From contig CM059432.1 of NCBI GenBank assembly GCA_030390025.1, positions 39,062,001 to 39,126,000 of the forward strand: a stretch of DNA of 64,000 nucleotides, in the 5' to 3' direction. The position numbers and the translations under genes were made by a program. Source of the DNA: Squalus acanthias. Taxonomy: Eukaryota. The notes beneath the pieces are model-generated. The model made no database searches. It saw nothing but the letters and a program-made list of their open reading frames with translations, and had not been told where the DNA came from. Below are positions 37,047 through 49,781 of the stretch, in pieces; position 1 is the stretch's first letter, and the number at the start of each line of letters is the position of its first letter.

Positions 37047-38804
37047 ATGTCAAGGGCAGTTGCTCTCACCTGGAATTTAGTTCTTTTGTCCATGTTTGGA
37101 CGAAAGCTATAATGAGTTCTGGAGCCAAGTGGTCCTGGCGGAACCCAAACTGAGCATCGGTGAACAGGTTATTAATGAGAAAGTGCCACTTGATAGCATT
37201 GTCGACAACACCTTCCATCACTTTGCTGATGATTGAGAGTAGACTGGTGGGGCGGTAATTGGCTGGATTGGATTTGTCCTGCTTTTTGTGGGCACGACAT
37301 ACCTGGGCTATTTTCCACATTGTCGGGTAGATGCCAGTGTTGTAGCTGTACTGGAACAGCTTGGCTAGAGGCATGGCTAGTTCTGGAGCACAAGTCTTCA
37401 ACACGACAGCTGGGATGTTGTTGGGGCCCATAGCCTTTGCTATATCCAGTGCGCTCAGCCGTTCCTTGATATCATGTGGAGTGAATCGAATTGGATAAAG
37501 AATGGCTTCTGTGATGGTGGGGACCTCAGGGGGAGGCCGATATGGATCATCCACTCGGCACTTCTGGCTGAAGATGGTTGCAAACGCTTCAGCCTTGTCT
37601 TTTGCTCTCATGTGCTGGGCTCCACTATCATTGAGGATGGGGATATTCATGGAGCGTCCACCTCCCGTTAGTTGTTTAATTGTCCACCACCATGCACGAC
37701 TGGATGTGGCAGGACTGCAGAGCTTTGATCTGATCCGTTGATTGCTTAGCTCTGTCTATAGCATGCTGTTTCCGTTATTTAGCATGCATATAGTTCTGTG
37801 TTGCAACTTCCCCAGGTTGGCACCCCATTTTTAGGTATGCCTGGTGCTGCTCCTGGCATGCTCTTCTGCACTTCTCATTGTACCAGGGTTGGACCCCTGG
37901 CTTGATGGTAATGGTAGTGTGAAGGATATACTGGGCCATGAGCTTAAGGATTATGGTGGAATACAATTCTGCTGCTGCTGATGGCCCACAGTGCCGCATG
38001 GATTCCCAGTTTTGAGCTGATAGATCTGTTATGAATCTATCCCATTTAGCATGGTGGTAGTGACACACAACACGATGGAAGGTGTCCTCAGTGTGAAGAT
38101 GGGATTTCGTCTCCACAAGGACTGTGCGGTGGTCACTGCTACCAATGTTGTCATGGACAGATGCATCTGCACCAGGTAGATTGGTGAGGACGAGGTCAAG
38201 TAGGTTTTTCCCTCGTGTTGGTTCTCTCACCACCTGCTGCAGGCCCAGTCTGGCAGCTATGTCCTTCAGGACTCGGCCAGCTCGGTCAGTAGTGGTGCTA
38301 CTGAGCTACTCTTGGTGATGAACTTTGAAGCCCCCCACCTAGAGTACATTCTGTGCCCTTGCTACTCTCAGTGCTTCTTCCAAATGGAGGAGTACTGATT
38401 CATCAGCTGCGGGAGGGCGGTAGGTGGTAATCAGCAGGAGGTTTCCTTGCCCATGCTTGACCTGAAGCCATGAAACCTCATGGGGTCTGGAGTCAATGTT
38501 GAGGACTCCCAAGGTCACTCCCTCCCGACTGTATACCACAGGGACATACCCAGGGATGGTAATGGAGGAATCTGGGATATTGGCTGAAAGATATGATTCT
38601 GTGAGTATGACTATGTCAGGCTGTTGCATGACTGGTCTGTGGGACAGCTCTCCCAATTTTGGCACAAGTCCCCAGATGTTATTGAGAAGGACTTTGCAGG
38701 GTCGACTGGGCTGGGTGTGCCGTTGTCGTGTCCAACGCCAGTGCCTAGGTAGATGCCGGGTAGTCCGTCCGGTTTTATTCTTTCTCGTAACGGTTTGTTA
38801 CAAC

Positions 38805-39085
38805 TGAGTGGCTTGCTCGGCCATTTCAGAGGGCAGTTAAAAATCAACCACATTGCTGTGGGTCTGGAGTCACATATAGGCCAGACCAGGACGGCAGATT
38901 TCTTTCCCTAAAGGACATTAGTGAACCAGATGGGTTTTTACGACAATCCGATAGTTTCATGATACTAGCTTTTTATTCCAGATGTATTTAATTAACTGAA
39001 TTTAAATTCCCCAGCTGCCGTGGTGGGATTTGAACTCATGTCTCTGGATTATTAGTCCAGGCCTCTGGATTACCACTATGCTACC
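38805..39085 (-). promoter_or_regulatory. tRNA-like internal Pol III promoter plus MER131/Meta-domain-like body forming the LINE 5'UTR
   Basis: Box A TAGCATAGTGG (39073-39083), box B GAGTTCAAATCCC (39025-39037). Body GGATTGTCGTAAAAACCCATCTGGTTCACTAATGTCCTTTAGGGAA recalled as MER131-like. Confidence 0.7.
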
Positions 39086-40285
39086 AGGATGGTAGAAGGC
39101 AAACTAGATCGACCTCGGTCCTTTTTCGTCAAGCATTTCGTATATTCCTGTTTTGGATGAACAATAAATGCTGGTCTTGCCAGCGACGCCCACATCCCAT
39201 AAACGAATAAAAATATATCTAAGTTTGGAAAGGGATCCGCACTTGACACAAAAGTTGCCGAATTGCGCTCTCTGCAGCTGACTTAACATTGCTAGATGTT
39301 ACCTCTGCTACTTCAGAAATGTGAAACCAGCATTACCAGAGGCCAGTTGAGATTTCCAGTGTGAACACTAACATCAAAATGGTGAAAGCCTGCTATCAGT
39401 AGAAAGCATGGGATTTCACATGGAAGAATGTTAGCATTAATAAGCCAAAAAATAAGACTATTAATACCGCAAGAACAAAAAGCAAAACCATTTATACAGC
39501 TACACTATACAAAGGGAATGTAATAAACTGTACAAACTGTAATGTCTGTACAAGAAAATTGAAGTGATAATGGTCAAATTTGGGCACTCTTATCAGTTGT
39601 GTAATAAATGTGTCCAACTAAAGTGATTATCCTTAAATTTGAGCTGTCTATGATACCATACAAATCTCATAAACGCGTTACAGCCTTGTAATACATTCAA
39701 ACACACCTGTTATTCTCTATATAGCAGATTGTCATAAATTTGGCTCTGCCGTAGATACCTTCTCAGGTTCCATGGTGTCAGTCACTCCCTTAAGCAGTCT
39801 GAGCTTCTTACTTTTATGGGAGTTCACGCACAAGGCCCTGTATCTACTTGTACAATAGCATCATCTGGGGATGTAACTTGTGATTGGGGCTGGATACTCA
39901 TATTTTTCACGTGTATTTCTTCAGACTCTTTCAAGGCTGGCTGAGCAAACATTTGGTGTGACAAGATTTGATATGAATTGTTAAGCAGCTTTATTTTCTA
40001 TTGGGTGAATATACAGAGCAGTAGTATCGATCAGATTTTCTTGTCTTTAGTGATTATCCCTCTGTGAAGTGCTTTGGGGTATTTTTCTATGTTAACGCTG
40101 CTATATAAATGCAAGTTGTTATTGTTGTCTTTGCGTAATAATATAAAAATAATGAACATGCTATGATACTGCATTCAGTTGGTCTGCTTGCTTACTTCAA
40201 ATTAATTTTCTAACTCCTCTCTCCTGTATTTTATCCTTCTCACAAACCTTTGTGCCTGACTGTCCCTAAATTTTTGCAGTTCTCT

Positions 40286-40897
40286 GGGCTAGAAATTCGG
40301 TGCATTTGCACCCCCGTTAGTGCCTCCGGGGGTGCTAACGGGGCGCAAACGACTTTTTGCCCAGGCGCGGCACCGCTACTGACTCCCACTAAATTCAGCG
40401 GGAGTTTAGTGGCGGCGGTAACCAGTAGCGCCCCGCTCTGCCACGCAGGCGATGACGACGTCATCACCGTGTGCAGCGCCCTGTTTTTGCCCCGCCTGCA
40501 AAATTGGCCCCCGCCCCTGAATCTGCGCCGGGCAATGACAGCGACCGATTCAGGGGGTGGGAACAGAGTGGCAGGAGGCTCGTGGGGCAGTAAGTAAAGG
40601 GGAGGTGGCGGGCAGGGGGGAAAAAATCGGCCAACTTACTTGTCGCGGCCCGTCGCATCTTTCAACGCGGAGTCCGTGCCGCAATCTGGCAGCCCGCTCC
40701 TTGGTGGTTCAGGTAGGGCCCTGCAGAGTTGTGGGCTTGGGCCCTCCCCTTTAATGAGGGGAGGAGCTCTTCCATGCGGCAGCGCTACGTGGCCCAGTGT
40801 GTAGCGCTGCAGTGCGATATTCGGGGTTAGCGCTCCAAGAAGGAAGTGGAGCGCTTGAATTAGTGACCCAAAATGGTCGCTAATGAATTTTACCCCC
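40286..40897. mobile_element. Harbinger-type MITE (reverse orientation relative to 62776-63526)
   Basis: TIRs GGGCTAGAAATTC / GAATTTTACCCCC, TSD TCT/TCT. Confidence 0.85.
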
Positions 40898-41355
40898 TCT
40901 GTTTTCTAAAAATGCATGACTCTAGTGTCAAATTTTAATCAAACTTACTACCTCTCCCTCCAAGAGTTGAACACACCAGCCTAACTTGACAATGATCCCT
41001 GCTGAGTTGAAAGGAATAAAGTTGTCGCAGAAAGAGTGTGAACAATCAATGGAATGTCAAAGTATCTTTCATTGTCTGCAGCACGCTGTTTCAGACATCC
41101 CTGCTGAAAACTCATTTATACCTGCAACTCCGATGATCTGTGAATTTTACCCTTTCAGAGCTGTATAGCTCAATAGTAGCATTTTAACATAAATTTTATC
41201 AAGGTCCCCTCATGGTGGCATTGTCTGAAATCCTGAATTGCCAAAAAGATATTTAAAATAAGATATTATCCAAGCTTTTCATTGGTTGAACCACACTGCA
41301 AGTGACCATTATGTCTCTGAAATTATCATAATTTAAATATCAGTTAATTAGTTAA

Positions 41356-41462
41356 ATCATAGAATCATAGAATGATACAGCAAAGAAGGAGGCCATTCTT
41401 CCCACTGTGCCTGTGCCTGCTCTTTAGTAGAGCTATCTAATTAGTCCCACTCCCTGCTCTTA
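41356..41462 (-). mobile_element. Short CR1 3' tail
   Basis: ATCATAGAATCATAGAAT octamer tail and GGAGGCCATT. Confidence 0.7.
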
Positions 41463-42169
41463 ATATTCTTATTTTTTACATATATATGAAAGGATTATTA
41501 CTGGTCCTAGCCCTTTTTGGGCTACCCCGGATTAGGCGTATTCCCCAGACGTTCACCTTCAACTAAAGTTAGAGGTAGCCAGATCCTAAAGATGCTTAAT
41601 TGGGTCTAAAGGTCAACACTATCTCTCTCTAAAGGAAAGGAACGACCTGAAGATGTTACTGTCCTCCAGATAGCACTTTTAATAAGTTTAGCTAGACTGT
41701 AACCTTCTGGATATTATGAGGGTCCGGCAAACTCCCCCAGAGTGTACAGAGATTGAGTTCGCGAGTTTGATACAGAAGTACTATGTGAGACAATATATAG
41801 ATTTATTAACGAACCGACATGTAGTTTACAGTAGGTGTTTCAATTGCGACATTAACAGTTCAAAATACAAAAGCTTACAATTCTTTTATCAGAGATCCTT
41901 ATTCTCAAATCTTAACTTCGTTACATTTTTACATTTCTTACTTAGTCTTATTCCAGGATATCCACCAAAATCAATTACCTTGATCCTCAAGACTCAAAGA
42001 GTTGAAAACTTACAGAGATTGCCTCTCAAGCTGAGAATCGCTTTGCCCCTTCCAGCGAATTCTGTCTTCCCATTTGAAAGTTCTATATTTATACTCTTTC
42101 TCAGTGGTATATCCTTTGAAGTTTTCTGCTGATGTAAGCTAATTATCTCTAGTCATTTTTCTGTTGACC

Positions 42170-42361
42170 CCGTGGGGTTACGGGGATAGGGTGGGATATG
42201 TGTCGGTGCAGGCTCGATGGGGATTCTGTGTAAGAAAGCAGGGACAGGGTACTGGATTTGGATGATCAGCCATGATCGTATTGAATGGTGGAGCAGGCTC
42301 AACGGGCCGAATGGCCTACTCCTGCTCCTAGTTTCTATGTTTCTATGTTTCTATGTTTCTA
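42170..42361 (+). mobile_element. 5'-truncated copy of the 5357-5809 SINE subfamily
   Basis: Reverse complement of ~5357-5541 with a (TTTCTATG)3 tail. Confidence 0.88.
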
Positions 42362-42804
42362 TTCTTACAGTTAGTTCAGCTTGTAGCTTTCAGACTTGTG
42401 TCTCTCCTTTAGGTGTTTCAAGTTCATCATAAAAAATGGTTGTAACAGATGTATCTATTTGATGTCATTCTCACGAAGGTCTGCTATTCAATTCTTAAGT
42501 CACCTTAGCTGGTTGCAACACAGACTTCATGTCTCCAAGGTGTTCCAAGTTCAACACAAAAACAATGTGATGGGTGGTGCCTCTCCCACTTAATGCCATT
42601 CTTACAAAGGTCTTCTGTTTGTATCGTTTGCATTTAGAACACTTCAACTGGATGCACCATTGTCTTCTTAGCTACCTCAACTGGTTACATTACAGACTCG
42701 TGTCTCCGTGTTTCATTTGATGTCATATTTACGAAGGCATATGTTTCTTTAATTTATGTGATTCATTTCGAAGTGTTGGTTTAAGACACTTTAACAGGGT
42801 TATA

Positions 42805-42863
42805 CACGGTGGCATAGTGGTTAGCACTGTTGCCTCACAGCACCAGGGACCTGGGTTCGAATC
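42805..42863 (+). mobile_element. Isolated tRNA-like head of the HE1-like SINE
   Basis: CACGGTGGCATAGTGGTTAGCACTG...GGGTTCGAATC, matching the head at ~5746-5803. Confidence 0.8.
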
Positions 42864-43189
42864 ATTGTGTTCTTTCCAAGCTGCAGGCTTTTAGGAACCT
42901 CCAACCTTCTGTTTCAATGAGGCTATTGTTTCAGTGTCAACAACTTATCTTACCTCAAAAGCTTGTATGCTGTTTACAGCTTTAGATTGTTGAGGCTTTC
43001 AGATTTCCAAGCCCAGTTTGTCATGTTTAATAAAGTCATAATTCGTTCATAGGATGATGTATTTTTCCGAATATGGCTATTCCTTCACATATACATATAC
43101 ACACACATTCAGTGATTCCAGTTTGGCTGCATATGTACGGTGGTTAAGTTGGTTGCAATTTTACATTGGGATTAGTTCACCATTAACTC

Positions 43190-43715
43190 CAACGACTTGC
43201 ATTTATATAGACCTTTAATGTAGAAAATATCCCAGGGCAAGGCGTGGACAGAAATAGACGCCAAGCCAAAGAGAGAGAGATTACAAGGGGTGACTGAAGG
43301 CTTGGTAAGGAGATGGTTTTAAGGAGGGTCTTAAAGGAGGAGAGGAAGGTGGAGGGATTTGGAGAAAAAATTCCAGATAGTGAGACCTAGGCAGTTAAAG
43401 GCATGTTGGGCCAAGGGAGTAACAGATGCACAATAGGTCAGGATCAGAGTAATAAGGAGGTCCAGACTGATTGTACGGCTGGAGGAAGTTATAGAAGTAG
43501 GGAGGGGATTTAAAGACGAGGAAAAGATTTTAAAATTTGAGGCGTTGGTCGATCAAAAACCAATGTAGGTCAGTGAGGAGGGGGTTTTGGGCAATCAGGA
43601 CTCGGTGCAATTTAGGATACAGGCATCAGAGATTTGTACATGTTGTAGGTTGTGGAGGGACAATCGGAGCATGGCAAGGAGAGTGTTGGAGTAGTTGAGT
43701 CTGGAGGTGACCAAT
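43190..43715 (-). mobile_element. L2 LINE 3' fragment, old
   Basis: Minus strand LVTSRLNYSNTLLA (L2-type SRLDYCNALL motif) and tail CTATATAAATGCAAGT. Confidence 0.7.
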
Positions 43716-44589
43716 GGAAGGAAAATCAGGCAGGGTGTATAATGGTGCATAACGATCTGCTTCCACCAGCTTTCTGCCAATGCTGAAAGTGAAAATCTAC
43801 CCCTGAATGCCTGCAAACTTAATCTGAAATATCATAAGGTGCCTGGGCCACCCATGAAAGGCCCCAGTGAAAATGCCAGCACTGGATCAGTAGAGGTAAA
43901 TTCAGCACAGCAATTTAAAGAGTACTACTGCCCGATAATGGAGGCAAAAATCGCCCCTCTCTGTGTCCCATTGCAAACTGACCTCGAAACACAAAAATTA
44001 AACGAACAGCAGACATGCCTTGGAACAATGCACATCATATCATAAAGTGGTTTTACTCTGCATATATATATTTAGAGCAGATTTTTCTTTCTATCACCAT
44101 GTTTACCCCTGGTGCCTCTGTGCTGTTCTTAAACCTATCCTGGTGCAGCGCCGAGGTGATAACTGAGGGCTAGGGATGCTAGTGGTGCTTGGCTGCTTTG
44201 TGGTGTCATGAGCCTCTTTGGGTCGAGGTGGCCCTTGTCTCAGGGCTTCAGAAGGATTCTTCTGCAGTCTGTGCTGTCATTGCAGGAACGTGGCAGCATG
44301 ATCCTGTGTCATGCCACTAACATGTGCAGCTATCTGAGGGGGCTGGCTGGAAAACTCACATTTTCTGGCACTGAGGATGGCAATGAACTGTGCCATGACC
44401 CTTGCCATCTGTCTCAGGGCCTCTGTGATGGCCCTCAGTGCCTCCAAGTGAGTATGATGTTCATCTAGCAACCTTTTTAGAGCAAGACCACAGGGAACTG
44501 AGTCCTCAGGCTCAGGAAAACTCCGCTCCCCACTGTCAGATCCCATTGACTCTTCTGACACCTGTAGAGTGTTGTATCTTACTCAGCGA

Positions 44590-44997
44590 AAAATCCTCAT
44601 TGGACCTATCTATATTCCCCTCCCCCTATCCTGAGTAGATTGAAGAGTTGAGGTACAGATCATCTATGATCTAACTGAATGGTGGAACTAAAAGTTAGTA
44701 CACAGGTACAGAAAGTAATCAAAAAGCCTAATGGAGTGTTGACCTTCATCAACAGATTGGAATACAAAAGTGAAGAAGTGATGATTTAGTTAGACCGAGC
44801 CTTGGTCAGATCTCTTTTCTCTTTAGAGTAGAGAAGGTTAAGGGAAGATTTAATATAGGTGTTCAAAATTATGAGGAGTTTTGATAGTGTAGATAGGCAC
44901 GATGAGCTGAATGGCGGCCTCCTGTGCTGTATAATTCTTTGATTCTATGATCAGGCTTGAGGGCCTGACTGGCCTACTCCTGTTTCTATGTTCCTAA
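44590..44997 (+). mobile_element. Cluster of short CR1 3' fragments
   Basis: GATCATCTATGATCTAACTGAATGG and AGAAGGTTAAGGGAAGATTTAATA, two tail motifs. Confidence 0.65.
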
Positions 44998-46312
44998 GAG
45001 AAGAGGGCACGAAGAAAGTAAACTTCGACAGTGTTTCACCTAATCGTCCACTAACTTCTGTAGAAGAGCCATGGAAACTTCAGAAAAATGGCACAATGGA
45101 AGATCGAAGTAATGCCCTAGACCAGCATGATGGTAATATGCAGAGAAGGGTCAGTGCAGGTATCTTACCTTGACTGCTCTGGTGAGGTAGTGAAACCTCT
45201 GGCACTGCAAAGGTGTCCGTTGGTCAAAGAGGTGCAAACCACTGCCATAACCACCTCTCTCCATATCCTGCATACCAAGTTTTTGGCAGGTCTCTGGCCT
45301 CTGACTCCAAATGGCCCATCCCTGCTGTTCCGTATTTCCATAAGGAGGACATCCAGGTCTAATGCCTTGAAGTTTGTCGCTCATTTCTTCAACATGCTGT
45401 AATCCTTCTTGCACACATTGCCTGCTTCCTCCAGTGCTGCCATTTCCCCTTTCTACCCTGTTGTTGCATATAGTCTCCACATATCACAGCTCTCAATCTC
45501 TGCCTCCCCTTTGTCAATCATTCAGGTCCCATTTGGGCTTTAATTACAATGGCAGTAGTTTTCCAACCTCTACCCTCTTTCTCTCAGCACATCTGTGGTA
45601 TTGCAGGCTGTATTTAAACAACCTACATGCCACTCCATATGTTAATCCCTTGACTGCACAATTTATTAGAGTCAGGACTGAGACATCAAGGTAGGTATTA
45701 GTCTCACCTCGTCGCTCTTCTGGCGACACAATGGCGCCGTCAGAAGTTCGGGGCTTGGATGTTATTAAGCGATCTGACAGAACAGAGACAATGGAGGGAA
45801 AAATAATGGGCTAAAAATTCGATTACATAGCGCCCGTGGGCGCCACGGGTGCCATTTTGGGTTGGAAATGGTGTCCGAGCCGTGCGCACACACTTCTGGT
45901 GCGAGCCGCGCCAGACGCCATCTTGGTGAGGGCTTTAGTGTCGGCACTGGGAACATGCGCCATAAATATGTAGAGTAGGCAGATCGTGACGTCAAATAGC
46001 GTGCAACGCTGATTTGATGCCAGCGCTGCCATTTTTGTCCTCAACGCTGGAACTAACTCCGTGTTAACCTCGCACAGCTGAGCATGCATTCAGCAACTGC
46101 AAGGACCCCCTACCAGTGATATTTTAAGGGATCATCAACCACTCTCAGGTGAGTCGCTGATTAATTTCTACTGGCTCTGTGTAAGCTTGTGGAAGTGGTT
46201 GGAGCTTTCCAGAGTTGTTTAAAGTTGGTGAGGTGACTGGGAGTGGTGCTGCATGTGGAGAAAGCCTTGGTTCTGACTTCAAGAGTTCTGGTCAGATCAC
46301 TTGCTCCCAGTC

Positions 46313-48290
46313 ATGGGTGCTCTAGTTTTCATCCCCCTTGGCCTGCAGCATGACAGGGAGATGGAGCAGAGGCAGCAAAGAAGAGGATAAGCTGCTCGCA
46401 GAGAGAGGAGGAGGAGGGGGAGAAGGGCTCTTAGCAGGAGGCCTTATCCACCTCGGGTCTTTCGAGAGCAATTCTCTTACATCAACCTGAGTCAGGAGCT
46501 GTGTGTGAGACGTCTATGCTTTACGAAGGAGGTGTTCACAGAACTCTGCCACCTCTCAGCAGAAAGTCAATAACCAGGGGGCATAGATTTAATGTAATTG
46601 GTAGAAGGATTAGAGGGGTGTTGAGGAGAACTTCTTTCACCCAGGGGGTGGTGGGGGTCTGGAACTCACTGCCCGAAAGGATGGTAGAGGCAGAAAATCT
46701 CATCGCATTTAAAAGTGCTTGGATATGCACTTGAAGTGCCGTAACCTACAGGGCTACAGACCAAGAGCTGGAAAGTGGGATTATGCTGGATAGCTCTTTT
46801 ACGGCCGGCACAGACATGATGGGCCAAATGGCCTCCTTCTGTGCTGTAAATTTCTATGATTCTATAATTCTATGATTCTTGCAACCAGACCTCACACCAG
46901 GGCAAGGACAGCACTGCCAGTGGCTGTGAAGGTGACCGTGGCCCTGAATTTCTTCATGTCGAGATCCTTCCATGCTGGAGCAGGCAACATATGTAACATC
47001 TCCCAATGCGCCATCCACTCTTGCATAATAGAGGTGACAGATGCTCTTTATGCCAGAGAGGGTTCTTCATTGTCTTCTCTCTGACCAGAGAGAAGCAGGC
47101 GGAGCGTGCATGTGGCTTTGCCAGGATCCCTGGTGGCAAGGGCTGTGCCCTCATGACGACGAAGTTGTGGAGCATGCAGCAGACCACCACGAATCTTGAG
47201 ACGCGTTCTGGTGAGTACTGCAGGGCTCCTCCAGAGTGGTCCAGGCAGCGAAAGCATTGTTTAAGGACGCCAATGGTCTGCTCTATCAGATTCCATGTGG
47301 CAGGGCGCCATCGACTGCACACACAAGGCTTTGCAGGTGCCACATCTAAATTCTGAGATGTACCGTAATCGCAAAGGTAATCACTCGCTAACTGTGCAGC
47401 TGGTGTGCGATCATGCTCAGCACATCATGATGGTGAATGCCCAGTATCCTGGTAGCAGTCATGATGCTTTTATTCTGCGGCAGTCTGCTGTTCCCTCAGT
47501 CTTTGAGCCACCACGACAAACCAGAGGGTGGCTTCTGGGTGACATGGGCTATCCACTGATCACCTAGCTCATGACTCCGCTCCGCAACCCAACCACACGT
47601 GGGCACCATGAAAGTCATGCTGCCACATGGAATCTGATAGAGCAGACCATTGGTGTCCTTAAACAATGCTTCCGCTCCCTGGACCGCTCTGGAGGAGCCC
47701 TGCAGTACTCACCAGAATGCCACATGCACACTCCGCCTGCTTCTCTCTGGTCAGAGAGAAGACAATGAAGAACCCTCTCCTGGCATAAAGAGCATCTGTC
47801 ACCTCTGTTATGCAAGAGTGGATGGCGCATTGGGAGATGTTGCATATGTTGCCTGCTCCAGCATGGAAGGATCTCAACATGAAGAAATTCAGGGCCACGG
47901 TCACCTTCACAGCCACTGGCAGTGCTGTCCTTGCCCTGGTGTGAGGCCTGGTTGCAAGAATCATAGAATTATAGAATCATAGAAATTTACAGCACAGAAG
48001 GAGGCCATTTGGCCCATCATGTCTGTGCCGGCCGTAAAAGAGCTATCCCGCATAATTTTCGTGGTGGTCTGCTGCATGCTCCACAACCTCGGCATCATGA
48101 GGGCACAGCCCTTGCCACCAGGGATACGGCGACCAACTGAAGAGGAGGAGGAGGAAGAAGAAGAGGAAAAGGAGTAGGAGGAGGAAGTGGAAGAGAAGGA
48201 GGAGAAAGATGAGGAGGAGGAAGCGAAAGGGAGGAGGCAACCCAGACAGCCCTTTTTTGCCTGGGCTGTTCGTGATCGACTCACATGACT
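46313..48290 (+). pseudogene. Harbinger transposase pseudogene
   Basis: MGALV...RRPYPPRVFREQF, GAIDCTH, YPGSSHDA, LLGDMGY, acidic tail. Contains stops, a CR1 insertion and two inverted duplications. Confidence 0.9.
46557..46879 (+). mobile_element. CR1 3' fragment inserted in the transposase
   Basis: TRGHRF...FTQGVVGVWNSLP and (ATTCTATG)n tail. The host frame LCHL|LQPDL rejoins. Confidence 0.9.
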
Positions 48291-48544
48291 GCAGTACGAG
48301 TGAACACATCCCCAATTACCCATTCACCAATAGTCTCACACCTTACCTTCCCTCTGTCACTGACCATCACAGCATCCTCTTGGCCACAATGCTCAAATAA
48401 AAGCCCCACAAAAGAAACATTCCAATCAACTTTATCCATCAATCCATCCAATATTACATAACAAAGTGAACTGAACACTCTTGTGCATTCCCTTAGTGCC
48501 TGCCTTCAGAGTGCTTTTGCCTGTCCTAGTGCTCCTACGAAGTG

Positions 48545-49781
48545 CTACCCCAGTGGCTGCAGCATGGCTGATGGAAGGCTGCTGACTTCCTGTGGAGGAC
48601 ACTGCAGATGGCCTTGCAGGACGACCTCAAGCACCTCTGGGACTAGAAGGTCCAGCTGCGAACTGCACCACTTCGGCAAGGGCAGCAGCAGTCTGGGCTG
48701 GCTGGCTGACAGGCAACAGCAAGGGCACTGGTGGAGTTGTAGTGCTGGGAGAATGAATGCTGTCATCCTGAGAGAGGACAGCAGGTTCTTGCTCCACAGA
48801 GCCACTGTCACTCCCCAGAGGCGGCGCCTCAGCATTCCTAGCCATTGTTGGAGGACAGATCGCTGGACTGCTGTGACACCCTGCAAGCCCCTTTCCACAC
48901 TGGTAAACTCAGCCAGGATGACAGCAGTCTGAGCTTGCATGGCAGCAAGCTGAGCCTGCATGAGAACACTCAGATGTTGGGTGGCTTCTGCTTGTGTTGC
49001 AATGAAAGCCATCAGACGCTGCATCATGGTTGGGTCCACAAGTGCGCTGATGGATCTGCCCACCCCTTCCATGCTGGAAATCATGAGCTCCAAGCTCTGC
49101 GCAAAGCCCTGTGCAAGGTTAGTGCCGGACTCCTCCATGCTCCTTGACACTGCACTCAGGCTTTCTGGCAGGCCTGCCAGTGTACCAAGCATTTTGTTAT
49201 GCATACCCACCAGCGTTCTTCTGTAGGCTGCCCCATCGAAGTCCTCACCTGAGTCCTGTGCAGCAGAACTCATGTGCGACCTTGCCCTCTGGGGAGCTGG
49301 CACCTACGCTACCCTTTCTCCCTGCCCTGGCTGTAGACCACTTGTGCCCGATGTCTCACCATGTGCAGATCCCGCCTCTAAGCTACCCTCTAAACTCTGC
49401 ACAGTGTCTGAGCTGGTGGCTGCGAGTGTCAGATCAAGTGACGGTGTTTCTTCTTCATCATCACTCTCCTCTCCCTCTTCTTGAACCACTGGCTGGGCAG
49501 GTTAAATTTCTTGGGTCTCTGAAATGAGAAAGGCACAAGGGTAGGGCTGTGGTGAGGGAGGGTGGGGAAGCAAGAGATGTATGCTTACATCACGTGGAGC
49601 TTGTAAATCAGAAGAGATTGTGGGATGAGGGGGAAGTGGGATGTGAGAAGGAGGATAATGTATGAGGATACCAGCATCTTGTATTGTGTCAGCCCCGCCC
49701 AAGAATGGGGGTGAGGTGATGCAGGCGAGCCTGTCCCCTGCCGGCTAGGTTCTGCTGGCGCCAGTTATGCACCTCCTTTTC
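48545..49781 (-). pseudogene. Harbinger Myb-partner gene, exons 2-3 only (exon 1 deleted), frameshifted
   Basis: Similar to exon 3 of 15477-17199 (PAVLSQDDSI, AAGPS, GTSGLQ). Acceptor CTCTTGCAG at ~49782. Confidence 0.8.

Larger units (their letters stand above)
35328..39085 (-). mobile_element. ORF1-less APE-RT LINE (CR1-group, distinct family) with tRNA-derived SINE-like 5' head
   Basis: APE (ILTESYL, YRPP, SSDHR), RT (QFGFR, GVPQGSVLGP, MFADD) and C-terminus in order, with an A-rich 3' end. Box A/B head at 39025-39083. Direct repeat CTACCAGGAT at 35318-35327 and 39081-39090. Confidence 0.88.
41485..43089. mobile_element. Possible solo LTR containing SINE fragments
   Basis: Ends TATGAAAGGAT / ATTCCTTCACA (decayed TG...CA inverted termini), TATA on both flanks, internal degenerate direct repeats, no recognisable coding sequence. 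Confidence 0.45.

Noticed and set aside
41716..42132. 138-aa ORF
   Set aside because: No recognisable domain; lies within the putative LTR.
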